Part shown: positions 49,085 to 60,760 of the stretch, one piece after another
Layout of the letters: each line of letters begins with the position of its first letter
Position numbering within the stretch: the first letter of the stretch is position 1
Assembly: GCA_036513415.1 (NCBI GenBank)
Contig: DATBZA010000137.1
Coordinates: 17,593-81,592 of the forward strand
Source of the DNA: Myxococcales bacterium
GTDB lineage: Bacteria > Myxococcota > Myxococcia > Myxococcales > 40CM-4-68-19
DNA: 64,000 nt
Reading direction: 5' to 3'
Notes under the pieces: generated by a model
The model's input: only the letters and a program-made list of their open reading frames with translations
Told to the model about the DNA's origin: nothing
Database searches by the model: none
Position numbers and translations under genes: made by a program

Positions 49085-51760
49085 TCAGGACTCTCCGTCC
49101 GGGGGCGAGCCGTCGTCGTCGTCGTCGGCCTGCTCCGACGCGACGGCGGCGGCGGCGTCGGCTTCGCGCTCTTCCGGCGCCCGGGTCGCCCCGACCACCT
49201 TCTCCCCGTCCTGCGAAAGGGCCATGACGCGCACGCCCTGGGTATTGCGCCCGATGATCGAGACGTCGGCGACGCGGCTGCGGATCAAGGTGCCCTTGTT
49301 GGTGATGATCATCACCTGGTCGGCATCGGTGACCTGGAGCATCGCCACCACGTTGCCGTTGCGATCGCCCGTCTTGATGTCGATCACGCCCTTTCCGCCC
49401 CGATGCGTCAGCCGGTACTCCTCGATCGCCGTGCGCTTCCCGTAGCCGTTCTCGGTCATGGTGAAGAGCGTGGCGCCCGGGCGGGCCAACTCGGCGCCCA
49501 CGACCCGATCGCCCTGCTCGAGCGTGATGCCTTTCACGCCGAACGCGGCCCGGCCCATCGACCGGACTTCCTTCTGGTCGAAGCGGATGGCCATGCCCTG
49601 CGAGGTGCCGATGATCACGTCCTCGTCGCCCTTCGCGTGCATGACCGCCACCAGCTCGTCGTCGTCCTCGATGGACAGCGCCTTCAGCCCGCTCGGACGA
49701 GGCCGCGCGAACGCCTCCAGCTTGGTGCGCTTGATGAGCCCGTTTTGCGTGACGAAGATGATGTACGGCCCCGCCGCGGCCTGGACCGCCTTCGCGGCGA
49801 CGCGGGTCGCTTCGCTCTCCTCGACGTCCTCGCCCTCCGCCTGCTCTTCCGCGGCTGCGGGCTCTTCCGCGGCTTCCGCCCCGTCCTCGTCGTCCTTCTT
49901 CGGCGCCCGCAGCTCCTTCACCGCCCGCAGCGCGGCGATCTTCTCGCCCTCCGCGAGCGGGACCAGGTTGACGATGGCCTTGCCCCGGGCTGCGCGCCCG
50001 GCCTGCGGCAGCTCATGCACCTTGAGCCAGAACACGCGGCCCTTGCTGGTGAAGATGAGCACGTAGGCGTGGGTGCTGGCGACGAAGATCTGCTCGATGA
50101 AGTCTTCGTCGGTAGTGCCCGCGCCGGCCTTTCCGCGCCCGCCGCGCCGCTGCGCGCGGTAGAGGGAGACCGGGTTCCGCTTCACGTAACCCTGGTGGCT
50201 GAAGGTGACCACCATGTCCTCTTCGGCGATCAGGTCCTCGTCGGAGAGATCGCTGGCCTCGCCCTGGATGTCGGTGCGGCGTGGGTCCGCGAAGAGGCTC
50301 TTCACCTCGCGGAGCTCGTCCTTGATCACGTCGAGCAGGAGCTTCTCCGAGCTGAGGATCGCCTGGAGCCGCGTGATCAGGGCCTGCACTTCGGCCAGCT
50401 CGGAGAGGATCTTCTCCTTTTCCAGGCCGGTGAGGCGCTGCAGCTGCATCTCGAGGATCGCCTTGGCCTGGATCTCGCTCAGCTCGTAGAAGTTCCGCAG
50501 CTTCTGCGAGGCCTCGTCGCGCGAGGCGCTGGCCTTGATCAGCGCGATGATCTCGTCGATGTGGTCGAGCGCGATCTTGTACCCGAGGAGGATGTGCTCG
50601 CGCTCGTTCGCCTTGCGCAGCTCGTAGCGGGTCCTGCGGGTGACCACGTCGCGCCGGTGGGCGATGAAGCGCTCGAGGATGGCCTTCACCCCGAGCGTGC
50701 GCGGCTGTCCGTGATCGATCGAGAGCAGGGTGGCGCCGAACGAGTCCTGGAACAGCGAGCTGTGCTGGTACAGGTTGTTGAGCACGACGCCGGTGATCGC
50801 GTCGCGCTTCGTCTCCACCACCGCGCGGATGCCTTCGCGGGAGGACTCGTCGCGGAGGTCGCTGATGCCCTCCAGCTTCTTGTCCTTCACCAGGTCGGCG
50901 ATCGACTGGATCGCCCGCGCCTTGTTGACCTGGTACGGCACTTCGGTGACGACGATGCGCTCGCGCTCGGTGCGCTTGTCGGTCTCCACCTCCACCTTCG
51001 CGCGCATGCGGAGGATGCCGCGGCCGGTCTCGTAGAGGGCGCGGATGGGCGAAACTCCCATCAGGATTCCGCCGGTGGGGAAATCCGGACCCTGGATACC
51101 GCCCGGCAATGTGCCTCCGAGCTTCGGATCGAGAATCTGGCCGAGCGGCGCCTCGGGATGATCGATGAGGTGCACGACGCTCTCGATCACCTCGCCGAGG
51201 TTGTGGGGCGGGACGTTCGTGGCCATGCCCACTGCGATGCCCGCGCTGCCGTTGACCAGGAGATTGGGAAAACGCGTGGGGAGGACCAGCGGCTCGGTGG
51301 TGGAGTCGTCGAAGTTGGGGCCGAAGTCGACGGTGTCCTTGTCGATGTCGGCCAGCATCATCTCGGCCAGGCGGGTGAGGCGCGCCTCGGTGTACCGGTA
51401 GGCGGCCGCCGAGTCGCCGTCGATGCTGCCGAAGTTGCCCTGCCCGTCGACGAGCGGGTGTCGCAGGTTCCACTCCTGCGCCAGCCGCACCAAGGCGTCG
51501 TAGACCGACGCATCGCCGTGCGGGTGGTACTTCTTCAGCACTTCGCCCACGGTTCCGGCGGCCTTGCTGTAGCGTTTGTTGTGCAGCATCCCCTGGTCGA
51601 ACATCGCGTAGAGGATCCGGCGATGGACGGGCTTGAGCCCGTCGCGCACGTCGGGCAAGGCGCGCCCGACGATGACCGACATCGAGTAGTCGAGATACGC
51701 TTGGCGCATCTCGTCTTCGATGGCGACGGGAACGAGCTGGGGACTGGTTGCTTCAGCCAT
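49085..51760 (-). CDS. gyrA: DNA gyrase subunit A
   Basis: Active-site [14 protein letters not shown]-region GDSAVYD-like (GDASVYDA), a C-terminal beta-pinwheel and an acidic tail. Confidence 0.97.
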   Translation of the reverse strand: MAEATSPQLVPVAIEDEMRQAYLDYSMSVIVGRALPDVRDGLKPVHRRILYAMFDQGMLHNKRYSKAAGTVGEVLKKYHPHGDASVYDALVRLAQEWNLRHPLVDGQGNFGSIDGDSAAAYRYTEARLTRLAEMMLADIDKDTVDFGPNFDDSTTEPLVLPTRFPNLLVNGSAGIAVGMATNVPPHNLGEVIESVVHLIDHPEAPLGQILDPKLGGTLPGGIQGPDFPTGGILMGVSPIRALYETGRGILRMRAKVEVETDKRTERERIVVTEVPYQVNKARAIQSIADLVKDKKLEGISDLRDESSREGIRAVVETKRDAITGVVLNNLYQHSSLFQDSFGATLLSIDHGQPRTLGVKAILERFIAHRRDVVTRRTRYELRKANEREHILLGYKIALDHIDEIIALIKASASRDEASQKLRNFYELSEIQAKAILEMQLQRLTGLEKEKILSELAEVQALITRLQAILSSEKLLLDVIKDELREVKSLFADPRRTDIQGEASDLSDEDLIAEEDMVVTFSHQGYVKRNPVSLYRAQRRGGRGKAGAGTTDEDFIEQIFVASTHAYVLIFTSKGRVFWLKVHELPQAGRAARGKAIVNLVPLAEGEKIAALRAVKELRAPKKDDEDGAEAAEEPAAAEEQAEGEDVEESEATRVAAKAVQAAAGPYIIFVTQNGLIKRTKLEAFARPRPSGLKALSIEDDDELVAVMHAKGDEDVIIGTSQGMAIRFDQKEVRSMGRAAFGVKGITLEQGDRVVGAELARPGATLFTMTENGYGKRTAIEEYRLTHRGGKGVIDIKTGDRNGNVVAMLQVTDADQVMIITNKGTLIRSRVADVSIIGRNTQGVRVMALSQDGEKVVGATRAPEEREADAAAAVASEQADDDDDGSPPDGES

Positions 51761-51826
51761 TCATTTTCCTCTGGGAAGGACCCGCTGTTGTACCCGGTTT
51801 GCGCTCTCCCGGCCATTGGAAACACA

Positions 51827-51863
51827 GCGGCAAAACCACCCTGATGTCCAGTGGTTCTGCCGC
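51827..51863 (-). terminator. Stem-loop downstream of the 51887-52576 gene, in the gyrA upstream region
   Basis: Minus strand reads GCGGCAGAACCAC-tggacatcagg-GTGGTTTTGCCGC followed by tgtgtttcc. The T-tract is imperfect. Confidence 0.45.
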
Positions 51864-51886
51864 TAGCGCGGTCCTGCCGCAGGCGC

Positions 51887-52576
51887 CTATAGATTGTCGA
51901 GATGGCGGCGCGCTTCGCGGCCCGCATCGCTGCGCGGGTCGGCGTCTTCCGCCTTCTGGAACCACTCGCGAGCGGCCGCCTTGTCGCCCTTCAGCTTGAG
52001 CGCGATGCCCTTGCCGAGCAGCGCGCCCGCGTGGCGGCGATCCATCGCCAGCGCCTTGTCGAACTCGGCCACCGCCTTCTCCAACTCGCCGTCGCCGAGG
52101 AGCTTGCGCCCTTCGGCCACGTGATGGTCGGCGTTGGAGACGAACTCCACGTCCAGGATCGCCTTCCCGACCACGTGGCCGAGCACCACCCGGAGCGGGC
52201 CGAACCACCAGAAGCTCGCCACCTCTGCCGCGGCCACCACCGCGATCGGCAGCTCGGCGATCTGCTTGCCGCGGAACTTGATCCGCACCCGCGTGTGCTG
52301 GCCCTTGGACATGAGATTGCGGGCCTGCTCGGAGACCTTGGCGAACGCTCCGTCCAGCCCCTCGGAGACGTCCACCGCCATCCTCTCCGCGGCGGGCCCC
52401 GCCCGGTCCGCGAGCTCGCGCACCTTCTTCGCGGCGCGGTCGGCCAGGTCGCTCCATTCGCTGCCGCCGTTGGTGGCCGCCGCCCGCCTCGCTTCCTCTT
52501 TGGGCCCTGTGCGTGGCTCGGCTGGCTGCCTGGCCTTGCGGGTGACCTTCCTGCGCCGGCTCTTCGCCTCGGGCAT
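51887..52576 (-). CDS. Hypothetical protein: basic N-terminus, DUF4342-like segment, TPR-like C-terminus
   Basis: Start at MPEAKSRRRK (52576). VRIKFRGKQIAELPIAVVAAAEVASFWW resembles DUF4342. C-terminal KALAMDRRHAGALLGKGIALKLKGD is TPR-like. Confidence 0.6.
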   Translation of the reverse strand: MPEAKSRRRKVTRKARQPAEPRTGPKEEARRAAATNGGSEWSDLADRAAKKVRELADRAGPAAERMAVDVSEGLDGAFAKVSEQARNLMSKGQHTRVRIKFRGKQIAELPIAVVAAAEVASFWWFGPLRVVLGHVVGKAILDVEFVSNADHHVAEGRKLLGDGELEKAVAEFDKALAMDRRHAGALLGKGIALKLKGDKAAAREWFQKAEDADPRSDAGREARRHLDNL

Positions 52577-52662
52577 CGCTCGCGCCTCCGCGCTTGGAAC
52601 AGGGGCTAGTATGCTCGGACCGGGCCGCAGTCGCCATCCCCGCGTGCTAGGCTTCCCGCCCC

Positions 52663-53385
52663 ATGCCGGTGACCCGCGAGCGCGTCGATCCCCAGCGCGA
52701 CCAGAGCGATCTGGGCCTCGTGCACCGGCGCTGGATCGTGCCGGACGACGTTCAAAGACCCATGCCGTTGCAGAACCTGTCGCGGCTGTGGCGGGGGTTG
52801 ATCGAGCTGCGCGTGCTCGATCCCGGGGCGGAGGCGCGCCTTTCGCGCGCGGGCGGCGAGACGCTGGAGCTGCCGGTCGCTGCCAGCCCGGGAGCACTGC
52901 TCGCCGGCGCCGGCAGCGCAAACCTGATCACGCAGGTGGTGTGGACCGACGAAGAGGACCGCCGAGATCCCTACGCGCTCGAGGGCGAGCCCGATCCGGA
53001 GGGATTCAGGGACTACACGCTGTACGCCATCGATGTTCCGGGCCGGGTCCTGCTCCCCATCGCTCCGGTGGCGCGACTCTGCGCACATTGCGGCCGGCGC
53101 CTCGACGTCGAGCTGCCGCGCTTCGGGGACGGCGTCCTGCTCGATCTGGACGAGCCTGTCTGCACTTGCGGCGCGAAGCCCGACCTTGCCCGTGACCGGG
53201 CGGAGCTCCGGAACGGGGCGGTCTTCCTCTTCGAGGAGCTCTCCTGCCGCGCCGCGCTCAGCATCGAGCTGCCGCGGGCGCCACGGAGCGAAGAGCTTCC
53301 CGACGCTCAAGTGGCGCAGCTCATCCGGGACACCCTGGGCGGGACGGACGAGCTGGCGGACGACGCGGTGCCCCCCGCGGAGTGA
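52663..53385 (+). CDS. Hypothetical protein with CxxC...CxC cluster
   Basis: 240 aa, acidic, balanced composition. CAHCGRRLD...VCTCGAKPD is a possible zinc ribbon. No family recognised. Confidence 0.55.
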   Translation: MPVTRERVDPQRDQSDLGLVHRRWIVPDDVQRPMPLQNLSRLWRGLIELRVLDPGAEARLSRAGGETLELPVAASPGALLAGAGSANLITQVVWTDEEDRRDPYALEGEPDPEGFRDYTLYAIDVPGRVLLPIAPVARLCAHCGRRLDVELPRFGDGVLLDLDEPVCTCGAKPDLARDRAELRNGAVFLFEELSCRAALSIELPRAPRSEELPDAQVAQLIRDTLGGTDELADDAVPPAE

Positions 53386-53459
53386 TCCGGCCCGCGGTTT
53401 GCGTAAGGACCCTGCGCGACCGGTCGGCTGTCTCGAACTGAGACCGGCGCGGGGGCTTC

Positions 53460-53840
53460 ATGCATGGCGACCGGTGGTCGCGGCCCGTGATCGCGGCCGC
53501 GACGGAAGTGCACCGCATCCTCGGTCTCGGCCTGCCGGAGACAGTGTACAAGGTCGCGCTGGCGGAGGAGCTGCACCGCAGGAGCATCCCGTTCGAGCGC
53601 GACAAGACGGTCCCGATCCGCTACCGGGATCTCGTTCTGGTCACCGGGCTCCATCTCGATCTGGTCGTCGGGGGCGAGCTGATCGTCGACGCGATCAGCG
53701 TCGACCGGATGACCCAATGGCATCGCGCGCGCCTGGCGACGCACATGAAGTTGTCGGGCTGCCCCCTTGGGCTGCTGATCAACTTCAACGTTCCGGTGCT
53801 GAAGCGCGGCGTTCGCAGGCTCAAGCCCCCGTCAGGCTGA
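53460..53840 (+). CDS. GxxExxY family protein (PD-(D/E)XK-like)
   Basis: LGLGLPETVYKVALAEELHRRSIPFERDK...YRADLVV-like LHLDLVVGGELIV...LLINFN. Confidence 0.85.
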   Translation: MHGDRWSRPVIAAATEVHRILGLGLPETVYKVALAEELHRRSIPFERDKTVPIRYRDLVLVTGLHLDLVVGGELIVDAISVDRMTQWHRARLATHMKLSGCPLGLLINFNVPVLKRGVRRLKPPSG

Positions 53841-53842
53841 CG

Positions 53843-54244
53843 TCAGGATAGGCGGACAACGAATGCGCGGGCGGCGGCGCGCTCCACGTGGGCCCGCTCG
53901 ATCTCGAAATTCGGATCCTCGGGACTCATCGACGCCAGCTTGGCCTGCAGCTCCTTCAACTCGGCGGCGGCGCGACCGGGATCGATCTGCTCGGCGCGCA
54001 CCGCTTCTTCCACCAGGACCCGGACCTTGTCGTTGCTCACCTCGGCGAACCCCTCGCCGACCGCGTAGCGGTGCTCGGCGCCCGCGATCACGTACACGAG
54101 CTCGCCCGCCGCCAGCGCGGCGACGAGCGGGGTGTGCCGGGGCCGGATCCCGAAGCTGCCCTCGACGCCCGGCAGCCGGATCTCGTCGCACTCGGTGGTG
54201 AGCACGCGCTGCTCGGGAGTGACGATCTCGACGGAGAGGGCCAT
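53843..54244 (-). CDS. atpC: F0F1 ATP synthase subunit epsilon
   Basis: 133 aa, N-terminal beta-sandwich (VEIVTPEQRV...) plus a C-terminal helical hairpin. Lies 2 nt after atpD. Confidence 0.92.
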   Translation of the reverse strand: MALSVEIVTPEQRVLTTECDEIRLPGVEGSFGIRPRHTPLVAALAAGELVYVIAGAEHRYAVGEGFAEVSNDKVRVLVEEAVRAEQIDPGRAAAELKELQAKLASMSPEDPNFEIERAHVERAAARAFVVRLS

Positions 54245-54246
54245 GG

Positions 54247-55722
<1,476 letters not shown>

Positions 55723-55818
55723 TTAGCGCAACGCTCTAGATCCGGGGTTTCGGCGGCCCCGCCAGGGTGGAGCTCGCTCGACTGGCGACTGGACGCTCCC
55801 AAAAACGTGGCCGCGCGG

Positions 55819-56709
55819 TCATTTCATCGCCTCGGCGCCGGACACGATCTCCATCAGCTCCTTGGTGATCGACGCCTGGCGGGCGCGGTTGTACTGGAGC
55901 GAGAGACGCTCGATCATCTCGTTGGCGTTCTTGGTGGCGGAGTCCATCGCGGTCATGCGGGCGCCGTGCTCCGCCGCCTCCGACTCCAGCAGAGCGCGCC
56001 AGATCTGCATGCCGAGTTGCCGGGGAATGAGGTGCTCGAGCAATGCGGGTCGCGACGGCTCGTAGAGATGCTCCGGCTCGATGAACCCGCCCGGCGCCGG
56101 CTTCTCCTCCGCCGGCGGAGCAACGATCGGGAGAAGCTGAGTGAAGGTGATGGCCTGGGTCATCGCCGACTTGAACTGGTTGTAGAGCAGGTAGACGGCA
56201 TCGAGCTTCCGCTCGCGGAACTCCACGATCAGGTCTTCGGCCACCTGCCTGGCCATCACGAAGCGGAGCCTGCCGAAGAAGCCAACGTAATCCTTGCGGG
56301 TCTCGATTCCGCGCCTCTTCGCGAAATCGCGGCCGCGCCGGCCGATGGTGGAGAACTGGATGGCCTCGTACTTGTCTTCCTCTTCCACCAGGAAGCGCTG
56401 CGCCCGGCGGATGATGTTGGAGTTGAAGCCGCCGCAGAGCCCGCGATCGCTGGTCAGCAGCACCACCTCGATCCGGCGCGTGTTCTCGCGCACCTCCATC
56501 AGCGGGTGCGGCGGGGTTTCGGCCGCCGCACTCGCACGGGCGAGAGACCCGAGCAGCTCGTTCAGCGCCTGCGCATAGGGCCGCGTTCGCAACACTGCGT
56601 CCTGCGCGCGGCGCAGCTTGGCGGCGGCGACCAGCTTCATCGCCTTGGTGATCTTCTGCGTGTTCCGCACCGATTTGATCCGGGTGCGGATGGCGCGAAG
56701 GGAAGCCAT
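55819..56709 (-). CDS. atpG: F0F1 ATP synthase subunit gamma
   Basis: MASLRAIRTRIKSVRNTQKITKAMKLVAAAKLRRAQ and C-terminal ITKELMEIVSGAEA. Confidence 0.96.
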   Translation of the reverse strand: MASLRAIRTRIKSVRNTQKITKAMKLVAAAKLRRAQDAVLRTRPYAQALNELLGSLARASAAAETPPHPLMEVRENTRRIEVVLLTSDRGLCGGFNSNIIRRAQRFLVEEEDKYEAIQFSTIGRRGRDFAKRRGIETRKDYVGFFGRLRFVMARQVAEDLIVEFRERKLDAVYLLYNQFKSAMTQAITFTQLLPIVAPPAEEKPAPGGFIEPEHLYEPSRPALLEHLIPRQLGMQIWRALLESEAAEHGARMTAMDSATKNANEMIERLSLQYNRARQASITKELMEIVSGAEAMK

Positions 56710-58257
56710 CTACGCTGCCTTGGCGGACGACGCCTTGAAGACGCTCTTGAACTCTTCCAGGGCGGCGTCCAGCGCGGCGCGCACGTCGTCGGTCAGGTCC
56801 CTCTTCTCGCGCAGGAGCTTGAGCACCTCGGGGTGGCGGGTGTCCATGAACTCGATCAGCTCCTTCATGTATCGCTGCACGTCAGAGACCGGGACGTTCC
56901 GGATCCAGACCACGCCGTTCTTGTCCTTCTGGGTGCCGGCGTAGATCTGCACGATCTGCTTCTCCACCGGCATGGGCTCGTACTGGCCCTGCTTGAGGAT
57001 CTCGGTCAGTCGCGCGCCGCGCTCCAAGGTCTCCTGCGTGGCCTTGTCCAGGTCCGATCCGAATTGCGCGAACGCGGCCAGCTCGCGGTACTGCGCGAGC
57101 TCGAGGCGGAGCGAGCCGGCGATCTTCTTCATCCCCTTGATCTGCGCCGCTCCGCCGACGCGCGACACCGAGATGCCGGCGTTGATCGCGGGACGCTGGC
57201 CGGCGTTGAAGAGGTCCGTCTCGAGGAAGATCTGCCCGTCGGTGATGGAGATGACGTTGGTGGGGATGTATGCGGAGACGTCGCCCGCCTGGGTCTCGAT
57301 GATCGGCAGCGCGGTCAAGGACCCTCCCCCGCGCTCCTTGGAGAGCTTGGCGGCGCGCTCCAGGAGCCGGCTGTGGAGGTAGAAGACGTCCCCCGGATAC
57401 GCCTCGCGCCCCGGCGGGCGCCGCAAGAGGAGTGAGAGCTGCCGGTACGCAACCGCCTGCTTGGACAGGTCGTCGTACACGATCAGCGCATGCTTGCCGT
57501 TGTCGCGGAAGTACTCGCCCATGCTCACGCCGGTGTACGGGGCGAGGAACTGCAGCGGCGCAGGGTCCGCGGCGCCGGCCGTGATCACGGTGGTGTACTC
57601 CATGGCGCCGAACTGGTTCAGCTTGTCCACCACGCGGGCGACCGTCGACTGCTTCTGGCCGATCGCGACGTAGAAGCAGAACATGTTCTGGCCCTTCTGA
57701 TTGATGATCGTGTCGACCGCCACCGCCGTCTTGCCGGTCTGGCGGTCCCCGATGATCAGCTCGCGCTGCCCGCGGCCGATGGGGATCATCGCATCGATGG
57801 CCTTGATGCCCGTCTGCATCGGCTCCTTCACCGACTCGCGGGCGACGATGCCGGGGGCCTTCACCTCGATCTTGCGACGCTCCTTGCCGCCCAACGGTCC
57901 TTTGCCGTCGATGGGCTCGCCGAGCGCGTCGAGGACGCGACCCACCACCTCTGGGCCTACCGGCACGTCGGCGATGCGGCCGGTGCGCTTGACGACGTCT
58001 CCTTCGCGCAAGTGCTGCTGCTCGCCCATCAGCGCGATGCCGACGGAGTCCTCATCGAGGTTCAGCACCAGTCCCGTCAGGCCGTGGGGAAACTCGACCA
58101 GCTCGCCCGCCATCACGCCTTCGAGGCCGTAGACCCGCGCGATGCCGTCGCCCGTCGAGAGGACGGTGCCCGTCTCGCTGACCTCGACCTTCTTGCCGTA
58201 GCCCTTGATCTGCTCGCGGAGGATGCGGCTGATCTCGTCCGCCCGGATTTCCGCCAT
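56710..58257 (-). CDS. atpA: F0F1 ATP synthase subunit alpha
   Basis: Start at [13 protein letters not shown] (58257). Walker A GDRQTGKT. The remaining 5' part of the 722-aa ORF overlaps atpH out of frame. Confidence 0.98.
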   Translation of the reverse strand: MAEIRADEISRILREQIKGYGKKVEVSETGTVLSTGDGIARVYGLEGVMAGELVEFPHGLTGLVLNLDEDSVGIALMGEQQHLREGDVVKRTGRIADVPVGPEVVGRVLDALGEPIDGKGPLGGKERRKIEVKAPGIVARESVKEPMQTGIKAIDAMIPIGRGQRELIIGDRQTGKTAVAVDTIINQKGQNMFCFYVAIGQKQSTVARVVDKLNQFGAMEYTTVITAGAADPAPLQFLAPYTGVSMGEYFRDNGKHALIVYDDLSKQAVAYRQLSLLLRRPPGREAYPGDVFYLHSRLLERAAKLSKERGGGSLTALPIIETQAGDVSAYIPTNVISITDGQIFLETDLFNAGQRPAINAGISVSRVGGAAQIKGMKKIAGSLRLELAQYRELAAFAQFGSDLDKATQETLERGARLTEILKQGQYEPMPVEKQIVQIYAGTQKDKNGVVWIRNVPVSDVQRYMKELIEFMDTRHPEVLKLLREKRDLTDDVRAALDAALEEFKSVFKASSAKAA

Positions 58258-58283
58258 GTGCTCTGCTCCGTGACTCGAAGTGG

Positions 58284-58850
58284 TTACAAGGGCGCGTTCT
58301 TCAGCTCCTGGCGCAGCCGCTCGAGCTGTGTGCGCAGGCTCCCGTCCAGCAGGGTCGTGCCCACCTGTGCGACCACGCCGCCGATCAGCGAGGAATCGGT
58401 CTGCGACTCCAGGACCACCGAACGGCCCGTCATCCGTCCGATCGCGTCGCGGAGCCGGTCCGTCTGGTCGTCGCCGAGTGGACGGGCCGAAGTAACCGTG
58501 GCGCGGATGCGACCCGCCTGCTGATCCACCATCGCCCGGTAGATCCGCGCGATCTGCGCCAGGTCGCCGATGCGCTGCCGCTCGAGCAACAGGCGGAGGA
58601 AGTTGACGCTCAGCGGCGAAAGCCCGAGCGCGCTCGCGAGCGCGTCGATCGCCCCTTGCCGATCCGGCAGCGAGTAGCCGGGGTTCTCCAGAAGGATACG
58701 GAGCTCGCGGTTCGCCCTGATCGTCTCGAGGACTTGTTCCAGCTCGTCCCCGTACTGCTCCGGGCGGCCTTCCTCCAGACCGAGCGAGAGCAGGGCGCGG
58801 GCGTAACGTCGGGCGACGCTGGAAGGGATCAAATGGTGGGCTCCCTGCAA
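58284..58850 (-). CDS. atpH: F0F1 ATP synthase subunit delta (OSCP)
   Basis: [15 protein letters not shown]-terminus and a C-terminal LIGG..VQVG....DGSLR pattern. Confidence 0.9.
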   Translation of the reverse strand: MQGAHHLIPSSVARRYARALLSLGLEEGRPEQYGDELEQVLETIRANRELRILLENPGYSLPDRQGAIDALASALGLSPLSVNFLRLLLERQRIGDLAQIARIYRAMVDQQAGRIRATVTSARPLGDDQTDRLRDAIGRMTGRSVVLESQTDSSLIGGVVAQVGTTLLDGSLRTQLERLRQELKNAPL

Positions 58851-58936
58851 AAACCGTGAAGGCGCGGCTACCTAACACGTGACACTCGAAGGGTCAATGC
58901 GGTGCGGCGTCGACTGGTGGTGCGTAGAGTTGCCGC

Positions 58937-59386
58937 ATGAAGCTCATCGTTCAGGGCAAGCAGATGCGCATTACCGAGGGCATGCGGCGGTTCGCCGAGG
59001 AACACGTGGTCAGGCCCCTGCGCCGGTTCTACGATGACGAGGCTGCCGAGCTGCGCGTCGAGGTGGGCCGCGAGAACGGAAATCGCGGCGAGTCGACGGA
59101 GTGCCACCTCACGTTCCGCATGCCGGGCACCCGGACCATCCAGATCGAGGAGCGCACGCCCGACCCCTACGCGTGCCTGGAGCTGGCGGCCGATCGGCTG
59201 GTCCGGGCCGCGAAGAAGGAAGTGGGCAAGAGGCGTTGGTCGAAAGGACGCCACAAGCAACACCCGCTGGCGACCGTCGTCGCCGAGGGCGGGGTCCCCG
59301 GCGGCCTGGTCGAGGACCTTCCGCAAGGGCGCGCGCTTCGCCGCGTCGAGCAGCAGCTCTCGCTCCGCCGCCCGCGCAGGAAGTAG
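58937..59386 (+). CDS. hpf: HPF/RaiA-family ribosome hibernation factor with basic C-terminal tail
   Basis: MKLIVQGKQMRITEGMRRFAEEHV and ...DPYACLELAADRLVRAAKK match the sigma-54 modulation protein / S30EA fold. Confidence 0.8.
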   Translation: MKLIVQGKQMRITEGMRRFAEEHVVRPLRRFYDDEAAELRVEVGRENGNRGESTECHLTFRMPGTRTIQIEERTPDPYACLELAADRLVRAAKKEVGKRRWSKGRHKQHPLATVVAEGGVPGGLVEDLPQGRALRRVEQQLSLRRPRRK

Positions 59387-59425
59387 CCGGAAGAAGCGGC
59401 GGAAAACCTGGCTTGGGCTGCGCCC

Positions 59426-59453
59426 TTGACGCGGCCGGACCCTGCTTTACGTT
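59426..59453 (+). promoter_or_regulatory. Candidate promoter of hsp20 (TTGACG-N16-TACGTT)
   Basis: gcccTTGACGcggccggaccctgcttTACGTTgc, ~75 nt upstream of the hsp20 ATG. Same architecture as the dnaJ site. Confidence 0.4.
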
Positions 59454-59528
59454 GCGCTCGCTGACGGGAACGAGGGGGTAAGCCCCTGGTATCCCGCATG
59501 GTTTTCATTTGCTGAAAGGAGCACGGAT

Positions 59529-60017
59529 ATGGCTATCGTTCGTCGAAATGACCCCTTCCGCGACCTGGTCGCGCTGCAGGATCAGCTCTTCCGCACGTTC
59601 GACGCCGCCTACCGCGGCAGCGGTCGCGAGGACGAGCAGTCGATGGCGGCGACGTGGACGCCGCTGGTCGACGTCTTCGAGGACAACGAGGGCATCACGC
59701 TGAAGGTCGAGCTGCCCGAGGTGGACGCCAAGGACGTCGAGATCCAGGTCGAGGGCAACACGCTCACCCTCAAGGGCGAGCGCAAGCTGGAGCGCGAGGA
59801 CAAGCGCGACGGCTATCACCGGATCGAGCGCACCTACGGCGCGTTCACCCGCACCTTCACGCTGCCCAACACGGTAGACGTGGAGCACATCACCGCGGAG
59901 TCGAAGGACGGCGTGCTGCGCGTCCTCCTGCCCAAGAAGGCGGAGACCAAGCCCCGGCAGATCAAGGTCGGTGTTGCGGCGCCGCACACGCAGTCGGCGC
60001 CCGGCAGCAAGCAGTAG
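59529..60017 (+). CDS. Hsp20/alpha-crystallin small heat-shock protein
   Basis: WTPLVDVFEDNEGITLKVELPEVDAKDVEIQVEGNTLTLKGER...YGAFTRTFTLP...GVLRVLLPK. AAAGGAG RBS. Confidence 0.95.
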   Translation: MAIVRRNDPFRDLVALQDQLFRTFDAAYRGSGREDEQSMAATWTPLVDVFEDNEGITLKVELPEVDAKDVEIQVEGNTLTLKGERKLEREDKRDGYHRIERTYGAFTRTFTLPNTVDVEHITAESKDGVLRVLLPKKAETKPRQIKVGVAAPHTQSAPGSKQ

Positions 60018-60036
60018 CGAGTCATCCCATCAGGGA

Positions 60037-60078
60037 GCGAAACCGCGGGGCGCCCAGCGCTCTGCGGTTTCGCCTTTT
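60037..60078 (+). terminator. Rho-independent terminator after hsp20
   Basis: GCGAAACCGC-ggggcgcccagcgctct-GCGGTTTCGC followed by CTTTT. Confidence 0.7.
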
Positions 60079-60282
60079 CAGGGCGCCTTCGGCGTCAGCA
60101 GCAGATGCGTTCCCCTCCAGGGTAGTGACGTCCTGTGCGGCGTACACCCGAGGTGGAGCGCCGACGCCACGGCGGCGCGCAACGTTCCAGCCCCCATGGA
60201 ACTCCCCCCGCCCGCAAAGTGCGGACGGGGGCGCTAGCCGGCAAGCCGGCCCAACAACGCGGTAAACGGGCGCTGCGGGGAG

Positions 60283-60702
60283 CTACTTCTTCGCGGGCGC
60301 GCCGGCCGTGTCCATCTTGCAGGTTCCGTCGAAGAAGACTCCCCGCTCGATGACGATGGCTGCGGTGGTGAGGTTGCCGCGCACCTTGGCCGGGGCCTTC
60401 AGCTCGATGCCCTTCGACGCGGTGGCGTCGCCCTGGTAGTCGCCGAGGCAGACCAGGGTGCCGACCTTCACGTTGGCCTTCACCTCGGCGCCCTCGCCGA
60501 TGATGAGCTGATCGGTAGAGATGATCTCTCCCGAGAACTTGCCGTCGATCCGGACGGTGCCTTCGAAGATCAGCTTGCCTTCGAACTGGCTGCCCTTGCC
60601 GAGCAGCGCATTCAGCTCGGGGCTGCGCGAGGCGGTGGGAAGCGGAGCCACGTTCGAGGGAGCGGGGCTGGGCATCTGAGCGGGAGCAGTGTTCTGTACC
60701 AT
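60283..60702 (-). CDS. Bactofilin (DUF583 polymer-forming cytoskeletal protein)
   Basis: LGKGSQFEGKLIFEGTVRIDGKFSGEIIS.DQLIIGEGAEVKANVKV... beta-helical repeat, with a Pro-rich N-terminal tail. Confidence 0.9.
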   Translation of the reverse strand: MVQNTAPAQMPSPAPSNVAPLPTASRSPELNALLGKGSQFEGKLIFEGTVRIDGKFSGEIISTDQLIIGEGAEVKANVKVGTLVCLGDYQGDATASKGIELKAPAKVRGNLTTAAIVIERGVFFDGTCKMDTAGAPAKK

Positions 60703-60760
60703 TGTCTTTTCGGTCCTCTGTTGGAGGGTTCTAGCGCATCCAACAAGCAGCGTGGCAGCT

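Noticed and set aside
46267-51844. 829-aa (46267-48756) and 945-aa (49007-51844) plus-strand ORFs
   Set aside because: Antisense to the TPR, PQQ-propeller and gyrA genes. Low-complexity R/G/D/L-rich translation.
53829-53841. cgtcaggctgacg palindrome between the GxxExxY gene and atpC as a bidirectional terminator
   Set aside because: The stem is only 6 bp, it overlaps the last codons and stop of the GxxExxY gene, and there is no U-tract.
58258-58878. N-terminal extension of atpA (722-aa version)
   Set aside because: It overlaps atpH in another frame. The AtpA homology and a sensible start ([10 protein letters not shown]) begin at 58257.
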